From: an uncultured Myxococcales bacterium
GTDB taxonomy: Bacteria > Myxococcota_A > Bradymonadia > UBA7976 > UBA1532
DNA: 64,000 nucleotides
NCBI GenBank assembly: GCA_903847385.1
Contig: CAINDO010000548.1
Span: 9,918 to 73,917 of the forward strand
Reading direction: 5' to 3'
Part shown: one piece after another, positions 45,779-56,771 of the stretch
Layout of the letters: the number at the start of each line of letters is the position of its first letter
How positions within the stretch are numbered: position 1 is the stretch's first letter
Program-made: the position numbers and the translations under genes
The notes under the pieces: model-generated
What the model was told of the DNA's origin: nothing
Seen by the model: only the letters and a program-made list of their open reading frames with translations
Databases searched by the model: none

Positions 45779-46030
45779 ATGACCCCCAATTTCCTCAACG
45801 AGACCCGTAACTTCTTCGAGACCGAGATGGCGTTCTGGAAGGCTCAGGCCACCGAGCTGAGCGAGAAGAACGTCGCGCAGACGGAGTCCTTCGTGAAGGA
45901 GGCCCGCGAGCGCCTCCAGAGCGCCGCCGACGCCCAGTCCAACCTGGTCGTCTCGCTCTGGAAGCACAACATGGACGCCCTCGAGCGCGGCGCGAAGCTC
46001 GCCACGTCGGCCTTCAGCCTCCCGGTCTGA
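45779..46030 (+). CDS. Small amphipathic helical protein, a candidate phasin
   Basis: This is the in-frame tail of ORF 45632..46030, 83 aa long (MTPNFLNETRNFFETEMAFWKAQATELSEK...). It has a good SD and leads the phaE-phaC-phaR gene set. No family motif was recognised. Confidence 0.5.
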   Translation: MTPNFLNETRNFFETEMAFWKAQATELSEKNVAQTESFVKEARERLQSAADAQSNLVVSLWKHNMDALERGAKLATSAFSLPV

Positions 46031-46103
46031 GGCGATTCGTCGCTTCGTCACGACTCGTCTCGTCTCCGAAATCCCGCATACCCGATACCGAAAGCGAAGA
46101 GCG

Positions 46104-46541
46104 ATGAGCACGCGCATCGATAGCAATGGTCTCAAGAACGCCTGGACGGAGTGGATGGCCGGCCTCGGCAACCTCACCCAGGGCCCGGCGGGGCAGGTCT
46201 ACAAGGAGTGGGAGGCATGGTTCGGCGCCCAGTTCGAGAAGCTGGCAAAGAACGAGACCTTCCTCGGCCAGACGGCCAAGAGCATGGAGAACAGCTTCCT
46301 GCTCAAGAGCCAGTTCGACCGCATGATGGAGACCTCGGCGCGGGCGATGCGCATGCCGACGGCCGGTGACATCGAGTCGGTGCACAAGCGCCTCGACGAG
46401 ATGGAGCGCCGGCTCGACGCGGTGCTCGCCAAGCTCGAGAAGCAGGCCGCCAAGGCCGACGCCGGTGAGACCGGTGAGGGGACGAAGGCCGCCAAGGCCC
46501 CCCGGCGGGCGCCGGCCAAGGCCGAGTCGGGCGAAGGGTGA
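46104..46541 (+). CDS. phaE: PhaE-like PHA synthase subunit, unusually short (145 aa)
   Basis: Its stop overlaps the phaC start. The segment MRMPTAGDIESVHKRLDEMERRLDAVLAKLE resembles the conserved PhaE/PhaR-partner helix of class III/IV synthases. The tail is Lys/Ala-rich. Confidence 0.65.
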   Translation: MSTRIDSNGLKNAWTEWMAGLGNLTQGPAGQVYKEWEAWFGAQFEKLAKNETFLGQTAKSMENSFLLKSQFDRMMETSARAMRMPTAGDIESVHKRLDEMERRLDAVLAKLEKQAAKADAGETGEGTKAAKAPRRAPAKAESGEG

Positions 46542-47605
46542 CCGTCATGGAGACCAGCTTCGAGCCGATCAAAGCCTTCGGTGAGGCCGTTCAAGAGGCC
46601 GCCCGGCGCATGGTGCCCATCGAGCTGCGCGGCCACGACGCCCCGGGCGGTCACACGCCCTACGATGTCGTCGCGACCCGCGGCCCCGTGCGCCTGCTGC
46701 ACTACGCGGCCCGCGGCGAGAAGCGCCACAAGACGCCGCTGCTCATCGCGTACTCGCTGATCAACCGCTACTACATCCTGGACTTCATGCCCGGGCGCAG
46801 CCTGATCGAGTACCTCACGGGGCAGGGTCACACCTGCTACGTGATCGACTGGGGTGTGCCCACGAACGCCGATCGCCACAAGACCTGGGGCGACTACACC
46901 ATCGGCTACCTGGGCATGTGCGTCCGGGAGATCAAGGCGCGCGAGAACGTCGACGCGGTGCACCTGTACGGGTACTGCATGGGCGGCACGATGGCCATGG
47001 CCTACGCCGCGCTGCGCCCCGAGGGCATCAAGTCGTTCACGGCCATGGCGGTCCCCGTGGATTTCCACGAGGGCGGCATGCTGGCGCAGTGGACGCAGCC
47101 CAAGTTCTTCAACGTCGACGCCCTGGTCGACGCCTACGGCAACGTGCCCACCTGGCTGATGGAGAGCGGCTTCCGCGTGATGGCGCCGCTCAACAACGTC
47201 ACCAAGTGGCGCGACCTGTGGGAGAACCGCGAGACGGACGGTTTCGTGGACACCTGGCGGCAGATGGAGCGCTGGTCGGCGGACAACGTCCCGTTCCCGG
47301 GCGAGGTCTACCGGCAGTACATCCGCGACTGCTACCAGAAGAACATCTTCGGCAAGAGCCAGATGATGGTGGACGGCGAGCGCGTGGACCTCAAGCGCAT
47401 CGACTGCCCCGTGCTCGTGGTCCTGGCCGAGAAGGACAACATCGTGCCGAAGAAGATGGCGATGGCCATCACGGACGCGGTGGGCTCCGACGACATCACC
47501 GTGCTGGAGTTCGCCAGCGGCCACATCGGGCTCTCCTCGAGCTCGAAGGGCCCCAAGGCGTTCTGGCCCAAGATTTCGCAGTGGCTGGCCGCGCACGATG
47601 ATTGA
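46538..47605 (+). CDS. phaC: Class III poly(R)-hydroxyalkanoate synthase subunit PhaC
   Basis: The GTG at 46538 overlaps the upstream stop (GTGA). An alternative ATG is at 46547. The ~355-aa size fits, with the lipase-box variant GYCMGG, YVIDWG and the C-terminal SGHIG. Confidence 0.9.
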   Translation: MTVMETSFEPIKAFGEAVQEAARRMVPIELRGHDAPGGHTPYDVVATRGPVRLLHYAARGEKRHKTPLLIAYSLINRYYILDFMPGRSLIEYLTGQGHTCYVIDWGVPTNADRHKTWGDYTIGYLGMCVREIKARENVDAVHLYGYCMGGTMAMAYAALRPEGIKSFTAMAVPVDFHEGGMLAQWTQPKFFNVDALVDAYGNVPTWLMESGFRVMAPLNNVTKWRDLWENRETDGFVDTWRQMERWSADNVPFPGEVYRQYIRDCYQKNIFGKSQMMVDGERVDLKRIDCPVLVVLAEKDNIVPKKMAMAITDAVGSDDITVLEFASGHIGLSSSSKGPKAFWPKISQWLAAHDD

Positions 47606-47662
47606 GGGCTGGTCAAAGCCCGCCCTCCGCGCTTAAAGAGTCCGTGCACCGCGGAGCCACCG

Positions 47663-48079
47663 ATGATCCTGATCAAGCGCTACCCCAATCGCCGCCTCTA
47701 CGACACGCAGGCCAGCCAGTACATCACCCTGGAGGACCTGTCCCGCCTGTTGGCGGACGGGCGCGAGGTGCAGATCGTCGACTCCAAGGACGGTGAGGAC
47801 CTCACGCGCCGCGTGCTCGTGCAGGTCCTCCTGCTCGACGACCAGGCGCACAAGCTCGACTGCCTGCCCGTGGACTTCCTGCGGACGCTCATCCGTCTGA
47901 AGGACCCGTCCATGATGAAGCTCTTCGAGCACTACGTCGGGACGACGCTCACGACGTTCACCATCGCCCAGCAGGCCATGCAGCAGAACCTCGAACTGCT
48001 GCAGAAGATGGCCCCCGCGCCCTCCGAGCTCATCGGCTCGATCATCAATCGTCTCCGTCCCAACGCCGAAAAGAGCTGA
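47663..48079 (+). CDS. phaR: PHA synthesis repressor PhaR
   Basis: The product starts MILIKRYPNRRLYDTQASQYITLEDL, the hallmark PhaR N-terminal DNA-binding motif. It is 138 aa long. Confidence 0.9.
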   Translation: MILIKRYPNRRLYDTQASQYITLEDLSRLLADGREVQIVDSKDGEDLTRRVLVQVLLLDDQAHKLDCLPVDFLRTLIRLKDPSMMKLFEHYVGTTLTTFTIAQQAMQQNLELLQKMAPAPSELIGSIINRLRPNAEKS

Positions 48080-48146
48080 TTCGTCGGCCCCCTGCGTTTT
48101 TCGTTCACGTCCGGCCGCAACCGGTCGATGACCGGTTCGCAGGACC

Positions 48147-49124
48147 ATGGCCAGCGAACTCTCCAGCATCGGTCGCAGCTCGGGCATCGCCGCGAATGCC
48201 GCGACGCCGCGCGCCCGCGACAGCCACCCGCTCCTGCGGGGCTGTTGCGGCCCCTGCGATTCGGTCTTCGCCTCCCTGCAGTCGGGGGGCGAGGCCGTCA
48301 AGGCCACGATCGCGCGCCCGGTGCAGGCCGGGGGGCGCGGCGCCGAGACGCGCACGGGCAACCACACGGACGACGAGGCGCGCTCCGGCGTGATCGTGCG
48401 CCTGAGCTCGAGCGGCAAGGTCGTGAAGGTGGACCCGGCCGCGGAGAAGGCCGGGAAAGCCGAGAAGGCCGAGAAGGCCGACGCGACCGGCAAGACGGAC
48501 GCCGAGCACAAGGCCACCGCCACGGGTGACGAAAAGCTCGAGGACCACGAGGTCCGCGAGGTCGAGCAGCTCGAGGACCGCGACCGCGAGGTGCGCGCCC
48601 ACGAGCAGGCGCACAAGGCCGCGGCCGGTCAGCACGGCGGCGCCGTCAGCCTGAGCTACAAGACCGGCCCCGACGGCAAACGCTACGCAGTCAGCGGCGA
48701 GGTGCCCGTGGACCTCTCGCCCATCAGCAACGATCCGTCTGCCACGGTGCGCAAGATGACGCAGATCCGACAGGCGGCGCTGGCCCCGGCGGACCCGTCG
48801 TCGGCGGACCGCGCGGCGGCCGCCCGGGCCATGTCGTTGCAGCAGAAGGCGCAGGCCGACCTGGCCGAGCTGCAGACGAAACGCATGGAACAGGCCGGCG
48901 GCCCCGTGAAGACGGACCAGCAGCTCCAGAAGGAGGCCGAGGCCGAGTCCAAGGGCCGCGGCGACGCGGTCGAGAAGAGCGCGCCCGGTGCGAAGACCTC
49001 GGCGTCCTCGGCTCCCCAAGCGGCCCAGACCGCGGCCAGGGCGCCGACGGCCCCGGAGCCGCCCAAGACGGACATCAGCAGCGCGGCCGCCGGTGGCCGG
49101 ACCTCGCTGAACTTCTACGCCTGA
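48147..49124 (+). CDS. SprA-related family protein (putative metalloprotease CJM1_0395-type motif)
   Basis: The motif EVEQLEDRDREVRAHEQAHKAAAGQHGG..SYKTGPDGKRYAVSGEVPVDL matches the SprA-related signature from memory. The rest of the protein is low complexity. Confidence 0.75.
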   Translation: MASELSSIGRSSGIAANAATPRARDSHPLLRGCCGPCDSVFASLQSGGEAVKATIARPVQAGGRGAETRTGNHTDDEARSGVIVRLSSSGKVVKVDPAAEKAGKAEKAEKADATGKTDAEHKATATGDEKLEDHEVREVEQLEDRDREVRAHEQAHKAAAGQHGGAVSLSYKTGPDGKRYAVSGEVPVDLSPISNDPSATVRKMTQIRQAALAPADPSSADRAAAARAMSLQQKAQADLAELQTKRMEQAGGPVKTDQQLQKEAEAESKGRGDAVEKSAPGAKTSASSAPQAAQTAARAPTAPEPPKTDISSAAAGGRTSLNFYA

Positions 49125-49145
49125 GCCCCGACCGGGACCCGAGCC

Positions 49146-52037
49146 TCACAGCGTCGCGGTCAGTGAAACGAACACGCTGCGGCCCGGCTGCGGGACGGTG
49201 TCCACGGGCGCGAGCTCTTCGCCGACGGGGTGGTCGACGGTCTGGTCCAGCACGTTGCGGAAGCCCAGGCCGTAGGTCAGGTGCGCGGCGGGCAGGTCGC
49301 CCGTGAGCGTGATGTCCCACAGGTACGCGGCGTCCGTGAAGTCGCCGGCCTCCGTGAGGCGGCGCGTCTCGAAGCGCATGCGGTTGGCCAGGGTGGCGCC
49401 GCTGCGGCCGATGGGCACCGCGTGTTTCAGCCCGACCAGGTGCTCCGGCGAGTTGGTGATGCCGGTCCGCTTCGAGAGATCGAAGTCGCCCAGGCGCGTG
49501 CGCTGCCAGGTGTAGGTCGCGGCGAACATGCCGCCGGCCTGCCACGCGCGGCGGAGCTCGAGCTCGCCCCCGAGCGTCTGCGCCTTCTCGCCCAGGTTCT
49601 GGTACTGGAGCACCGGCTCGGCGAACCCGCCGGCGCCCGTCTCCTCGAGGGAGATCAGGTTGGCGATCTGGTTGAAGAACACGTCGCCGGTGATGGCCCA
49701 GTCCTCCGTCAGGTGGTGGGTGTACTCGGCCTCGAGCGTCCGCACCGTCTCGGGCTCCAGGCCGACCGGCCGGATCTGCGTCTGCCCGTCCGCATACCGA
49801 AGCTCATAGGGGCTCGGCGCGCGGAACGCCTGGCCGGCGATGAGCTTGAGCACGCTCGCGTCCGTCGGCCGGATGATCGTCGCGAGTCGGGGGCTGATGG
49901 CGTCGTCGTCGAGCGACGAGAAGTGGTCGAAGCGGGCGCCGAAGGAGAACGAGAGGCGGCTCAGCGGCGCGTATTCGGCGACGCCGTAGCCGGAGTAGAT
50001 GCGGGTCGCGGCCTCTTCGTTCACGGCCTCGCCGGCCGCGCTCTTGCTCAGCAGTTCGGCCTTGACGGCCACGCGGGCCTCACCGCCGACCGTGAGGGTG
50101 ATGGGGTCCGCCAGGCGCGCGCGGAGTCGGACCTCGGCGTCGCCCCAGAGGCCGTTCCACGTGTCGCGCTGCACGTCCGTGGTGGGATCGGCGTAGGGGT
50201 AGGCGCCGGCGAAGCGGTACAGGTCCAGGGAGACGCGCGTCGAGAGCTGGAGCGCCTCCGTGAGCTTGGGGTCGAACCGAACCTCGGCGAAGCCGCGCGT
50301 GTCGTTGCTCTCGGCCTTCGGGTCGCCGGGGATCGTGCCATACGCGCCCGTGGGGATGCGCTTCTCGCGGTCGTTGAGGCTGACCTGGAGCGTCACGGCC
50401 CGCCACCACGCCCGCCCCATGACCGTCATGGACTGCAACGTGTCCGCGCCGCGGACCACGCCGTCCGGCGCGGTGGTGCTGCCGACATGGGCTGGCAGAT
50501 AGAGGTCCGAGCCATCGCCGCGCGCGCCCGCCGCCGAGAGCCAGAAGCCGGCGTCCGGCGAGAACGCGTGCCCGCCGCCCAGGCGCAGGCGCCCGACACC
50601 GTCCCCCGTCGCCGCCACGCCTGCATGGGGGGAGGGCACGGCGTCCGGGCCGTGGGTGACCACGTTGACCACGCCGAAGAACGCGTTGCTGCCGTACAGG
50701 GCCGAGCCGGGGCCGCGCACGACCTCGATGCGCTCGACGTCGCCGAGGTCCGTCAGGAAGTCCTGGCCCACGTAAGACGAGCCGAGCTGATCGTCGTTCA
50801 TGGGGTGCCCGTCCAGCAGGACGAGCACGCGGTTGCCGTAGTCCCCCGGGCGACTGAAGCCCCGGAAGCCGAGCGCCTGATAGGTGTGGTCGTCCGTCTG
50901 GAACACACCGCGGGTGCCGGACAGCGCCTCGTACAGCGTCTCGTCGCCGAACGCCCTCAGCTCCGTGCCGGGGATCAGCGTGACGCTCGCGGGCGCGTCG
51001 TCCAGGGACTCCGCGGTCCGCGACGCGGCGGTGACCTGCCAGACCGGGCGCAGCGAGGCGTTGATGCTCGCGCGGGCGTCCGCCGTCAGGTCGATGACCT
51101 GCTCGACGGGGCGGGTACCGGCCCGGGAGACCCGCACGGTGTGCCGACCGACGGGCACGTCCGCCAGGACGGCCGGGGCGAACCCCGCGGCCTGTCCGTC
51201 GATCTCGATGAGCGCGCCGACCTCGTCGGCGTCCACGACCACGGTGCCCGTGATCATCGCCAGGTCGGCCTGGACGCGGCTGCGGTGGCGCGCCTCGACG
51301 TTGACCGGAAGCTGCAGGTTGCGCCGCCCGGGCGCGGAGATGTGCAGCGTGTGCGCGCCCGGCGGCACCTCGATCTCGCCGGGCAGGTGGCCGACGACGG
51401 GTGCGTCTGCGGCGTCGATGCGGATCTCCGCGCCGGCGGGTTCGCCCGCGACGTCGAGCACACCGACCACCCGGGTGAGCTTCAGCCGCGCCACCGCGCG
51501 CTGACCGATCTCGGCGGCCATGGGCTCCGAGGTCTCGACCTCGTGGCCGGGCATCTCGACGATCACGATGTGCTCGCCGGGTGTGACGGCCAGCGTGGAC
51601 GGCGTCACACCCCGCGCACCCAGGTCGCGACGGTCGACGAAGATGGTCGCGCCGGGGGGCGTCGAGTCGATGTCCAGCAGGGCCAGCCGCGGCTCGAGGC
51701 GCTTGAGCGCGGCCTCGGCCTCTTGGCGTTCCGCGGTGCCGCGCTCGGTCACCAGGAAGTCGGCGTAGTGTCGGTAGGCGTCCGCGAAGCGGTTGAGCTG
51801 CTCGTAACACCGCGCGATGTTGAAGACGACGTTGCGGTTGGCCACCAGTCGGTTCGACGCGAGCAGGTGCTCGAGCGCGCCGCGGAAGTCACCGGTACGA
51901 TAACGCTCGACGCCCAGCTCGAACTGCAGATCGGCCTCGGCGGCCAGATCGACCTGAACCCCCGGAGCCTGCGCGAGCACGGCGGGGGCGGGGAGCAAGA
52001 GCGCGGCCAGAAACAGGGGAGCTCCGGCGCGGATCAC
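49146..52037 (-). CDS. TonB-dependent receptor with a ~330-aa N-terminal extension (TPR-like helices plus three PEGA-like modules)
   Basis: GTG start at 52037 with GAGG 6 nt upstream, 3 nt after the kinase stop. The signal peptide is MIRAGAPLFLAALLLPAPAVLA. PEGA-like modules are TPPGATIFVDRRDLGARGVTPSTLAVTPGEH, EPAGAEIRIDAAD..PPGAHTLHI and GALIEIDGQAAGFAP..VGRHTVRV. The plug contains IEVVRGPGSALYGSNAFFGVVNVVT, and a long barrel follows. Confidence 0.9.
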   Translation of the reverse strand: MIRAGAPLFLAALLLPAPAVLAQAPGVQVDLAAEADLQFELGVERYRTGDFRGALEHLLASNRLVANRNVVFNIARCYEQLNRFADAYRHYADFLVTERGTAERQEAEAALKRLEPRLALLDIDSTPPGATIFVDRRDLGARGVTPSTLAVTPGEHIVIVEMPGHEVETSEPMAAEIGQRAVARLKLTRVVGVLDVAGEPAGAEIRIDAADAPVVGHLPGEIEVPPGAHTLHISAPGRRNLQLPVNVEARHRSRVQADLAMITGTVVVDADEVGALIEIDGQAAGFAPAVLADVPVGRHTVRVSRAGTRPVEQVIDLTADARASINASLRPVWQVTAASRTAESLDDAPASVTLIPGTELRAFGDETLYEALSGTRGVFQTDDHTYQALGFRGFSRPGDYGNRVLVLLDGHPMNDDQLGSSYVGQDFLTDLGDVERIEVVRGPGSALYGSNAFFGVVNVVTHGPDAVPSPHAGVAATGDGVGRLRLGGGHAFSPDAGFWLSAAGARGDGSDLYLPAHVGSTTAPDGVVRGADTLQSMTVMGRAWWRAVTLQVSLNDREKRIPTGAYGTIPGDPKAESNDTRGFAEVRFDPKLTEALQLSTRVSLDLYRFAGAYPYADPTTDVQRDTWNGLWGDAEVRLRARLADPITLTVGGEARVAVKAELLSKSAAGEAVNEEAATRIYSGYGVAEYAPLSRLSFSFGARFDHFSSLDDDAISPRLATIIRPTDASVLKLIAGQAFRAPSPYELRYADGQTQIRPVGLEPETVRTLEAEYTHHLTEDWAITGDVFFNQIANLISLEETGAGGFAEPVLQYQNLGEKAQTLGGELELRRAWQAGGMFAATYTWQRTRLGDFDLSKRTGITNSPEHLVGLKHAVPIGRSGATLANRMRFETRRLTEAGDFTDAAYLWDITLTGDLPAAHLTYGLGFRNVLDQTVDHPVGEELAPVDTVPQPGRSVFVSLTATL

Positions 52038-52040
52038 GGA

Positions 52041-53654
52041 TCACCTCGTGGTGCGAATGTCGAGTGGCTTGCCCGCGGGGGACGCGGGGCGCTTGGGGGG
52101 GGCGGCCTTGACGCCGTTGCGGAGGAGCGTGCGCTGGAGCACCGTGCCCGCGGGGACCGGTCCGAGCTCGATGCTCTGGGACTGGTAGCCCTCTTTCCGC
52201 AACACGATGAGGCGCGGCTGGCGCGTCAGCGCGACCGGGTCGATGGCCAGCGTCATGGGGGTGACGCCGAGCACGCGGTTGTTCTCGACCACCTCGACGG
52301 CGTCCGGCGTGGTGACGATGACCGCGCTGGCCGAGGGCGTGACGATGTTCGGCTGGGTCGGGGGCGCCCGGGGCGGCTCCGTCGGAGCGACGGCCGCCGC
52401 CTTGGGCTGCGGGGCGGCCGGGGCGGGCGCCGCGACCTCTCGCCGGAGGACGAGCGCGAGGAGGACCGCGATCGTGACCAGCATGCTGACGAAGCTGATG
52501 AGGCGCCACCGCTCGCGCTCGGCGCCCCCGGATGGGGCCGGCGGCACGGGCGGGTGGGTGAAGCTGCCCGTGCCCTGTGCCTGTGTCTGCCAGTTGACGG
52601 GCGTGCTGCCGGTGTTCGTGCTGCTCGAGGGGAACGAGGCGCTGCCGGGGAACGAGGGCTCGCTGACGAGGGCCGGCGACAGCGTCGCGACGTTGCGCGC
52701 GCCGGGGCCGGCGTCCAGGCCGAGATCGCGGATGAGCTGGTCGATGACCGCGATGAGCTCCTCGGAGCTCTGGATGCGGTTGCGGGGGTCTTTCTCCAGG
52801 CAGCGGCGGGCGATGGCCTCGACCTGGACGGCGACATCGACCCCCGTGCGCGACTTGATCGTCGGCACCGGGTCGTTGAGGTGGGCCATCATCGTCGAGA
52901 CGGACTTCTCACCAGCGAAGGGCGGCTTGCCGGCCAGCATCTCGTACAGCAGAACCCCGACGGAGTAGATGTCGGAGCGCGTGTCGACGTCCGTGTGGCG
53001 GATGACCTCGGGCGACATGTAGCGCGGGGAACCGAGGAACCGACCGCCCTGTGTCAGGTCGCCGAAGTCGTCCCGCATGACCTTGACGATGCCGAAGTCG
53101 AGCACCTTGACCGACTCGCCCTCGTCGGAGGCGACGAGCATCACATTCGAGGGTTTGAGGTCCCGGTGGACGACCCCCTGACGGTGCGCCTCGCGCAGGG
53201 AGCGGGCGATCTCCCGGGTCACGCGCAGCGCGCGCGCGGCGGGGAAGTGGCCGTAGTCCTTCAGCGCCTGCCGGAGCGTGCGACCGTCGATGTACTCCAT
53301 GACCATGAAGTACGTCTCCTCGGGGGTGTCCTCGAGGCGGCCGTAGTCGTAGACCTTCACTGTGTTCGGGTGCGTGAGGCGCGCGCAGGTGGACGCCTCG
53401 AGCAGGAACCGTTTCTGGAACTCGGGGTCCTGGTCGCTCTGCACGTAGCGGGCGTCGAGGACCTTCAGCGCGACGCTGCGGCCGAGGGGCTCCTGCTCGG
53501 CCAGGTAGATGCGGCCCATGCCACCGCGCGCGATGAGGCGGTGGACCCGGTACTTGCCGGAGACCAGCATGCCCAGCAGGACATCCCGCGAGGGGTCCGG
53601 TGCCGGGGCCGGCGGGGCCTCGTCGCTCTCGCCGTCGTGGGAGTGGGCGCTCAT
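52041..53654 (-). CDS. Hanks-type Ser/Thr protein kinase with one TM segment and a periplasmic PEGA-like C-terminal domain
   Basis: ORF 52041..53696 starts at a GTG. I prefer the ATG at 53654, but neither has a clear SD. Kinase motifs are GGMGRIY, VALK, HRDLKPSNVM, DFG and SPE. The TM segment is WRLISFVSMLVTIAVLLALVL. The tail is VIVTTPDAVEVVENNRVLGVTPMTLAI..LRKEGYQSQSIEL. Confidence 0.9.
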   Translation of the reverse strand: MSAHSHDGESDEAPPAPAPDPSRDVLLGMLVSGKYRVHRLIARGGMGRIYLAEQEPLGRSVALKVLDARYVQSDQDPEFQKRFLLEASTCARLTHPNTVKVYDYGRLEDTPEETYFMVMEYIDGRTLRQALKDYGHFPAARALRVTREIARSLREAHRQGVVHRDLKPSNVMLVASDEGESVKVLDFGIVKVMRDDFGDLTQGGRFLGSPRYMSPEVIRHTDVDTRSDIYSVGVLLYEMLAGKPPFAGEKSVSTMMAHLNDPVPTIKSRTGVDVAVQVEAIARRCLEKDPRNRIQSSEELIAVIDQLIRDLGLDAGPGARNVATLSPALVSEPSFPGSASFPSSSTNTGSTPVNWQTQAQGTGSFTHPPVPPAPSGGAERERWRLISFVSMLVTIAVLLALVLRREVAAPAPAAPQPKAAAVAPTEPPRAPPTQPNIVTPSASAVIVTTPDAVEVVENNRVLGVTPMTLAIDPVALTRQPRLIVLRKEGYQSQSIELGPVPAGTVLQRTLLRNGVKAAPPKRPASPAGKPLDIRTTR

Positions 53655-53714
53655 CGCACGGGGACGATGGCACGGCCCCGGGTTCTCGGCAAGCACCGTG
53701 GCCCCGAGAGCGCC

Positions 53715-54032
53715 TCAGCGGGCGGCGGATTCCTCGACCTGTGCCAGAAACACGGCCAGCCGGTCGTCGTCGCCGGGCTGCAGGCTCAGGAACTGCACGC
53801 CGAAGCCGACCTCGGGCAGGTGGTGCACGACGCGGCCGCGGGCGCGCAGGTGGTGCTGCGGGGCGTGCAGCGTCAGGTCGACCTCGGCGAAGAGCAGCCG
53901 CGGTGCCTGGCTGTACAGGAATACCCCGCCGAGGCTGACGTCGCGCGTGGTGAGGCGCACGGGCTCGTCGAGGCCCTCGACGGTGACGGTGAGGGCGCAG
54001 GGGATGCGGGGGTGAACGCGACGCTCGGGCAT
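53715..54032 (-). CDS. Stand-alone PilZ domain protein (canonical c-di-GMP-binding motifs)
   Basis: This is the tail of ORF 53715..54395. The ATG at 54032 has GGGAGG 4 nt upstream. The RxxxR motif (RVHPR) and DxSxxG motif (DVSLGG) are present. It is 105 aa long. Confidence 0.8.
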   Translation of the reverse strand: MPERRVHPRIPCALTVTVEGLDEPVRLTTRDVSLGGVFLYSQAPRLLFAEVDLTLHAPQHHLRARGRVVHHLPEVGFGVQFLSLQPGDDDRLAVFLAQVEESAAR

Positions 54033-54048
54033 GGGACCTCCCGGAGAC

Positions 54049-56682
<2,634 letters not shown>

Positions 56683-56771
56683 GGGTCGGAGTTTCGTCTT
56701 CCGCGGGCACCGGGTCAATCTCCCGGGCCGTGCCCCTCGCGCACGCCCGCATCTTCGGGCATGATCGGGCA

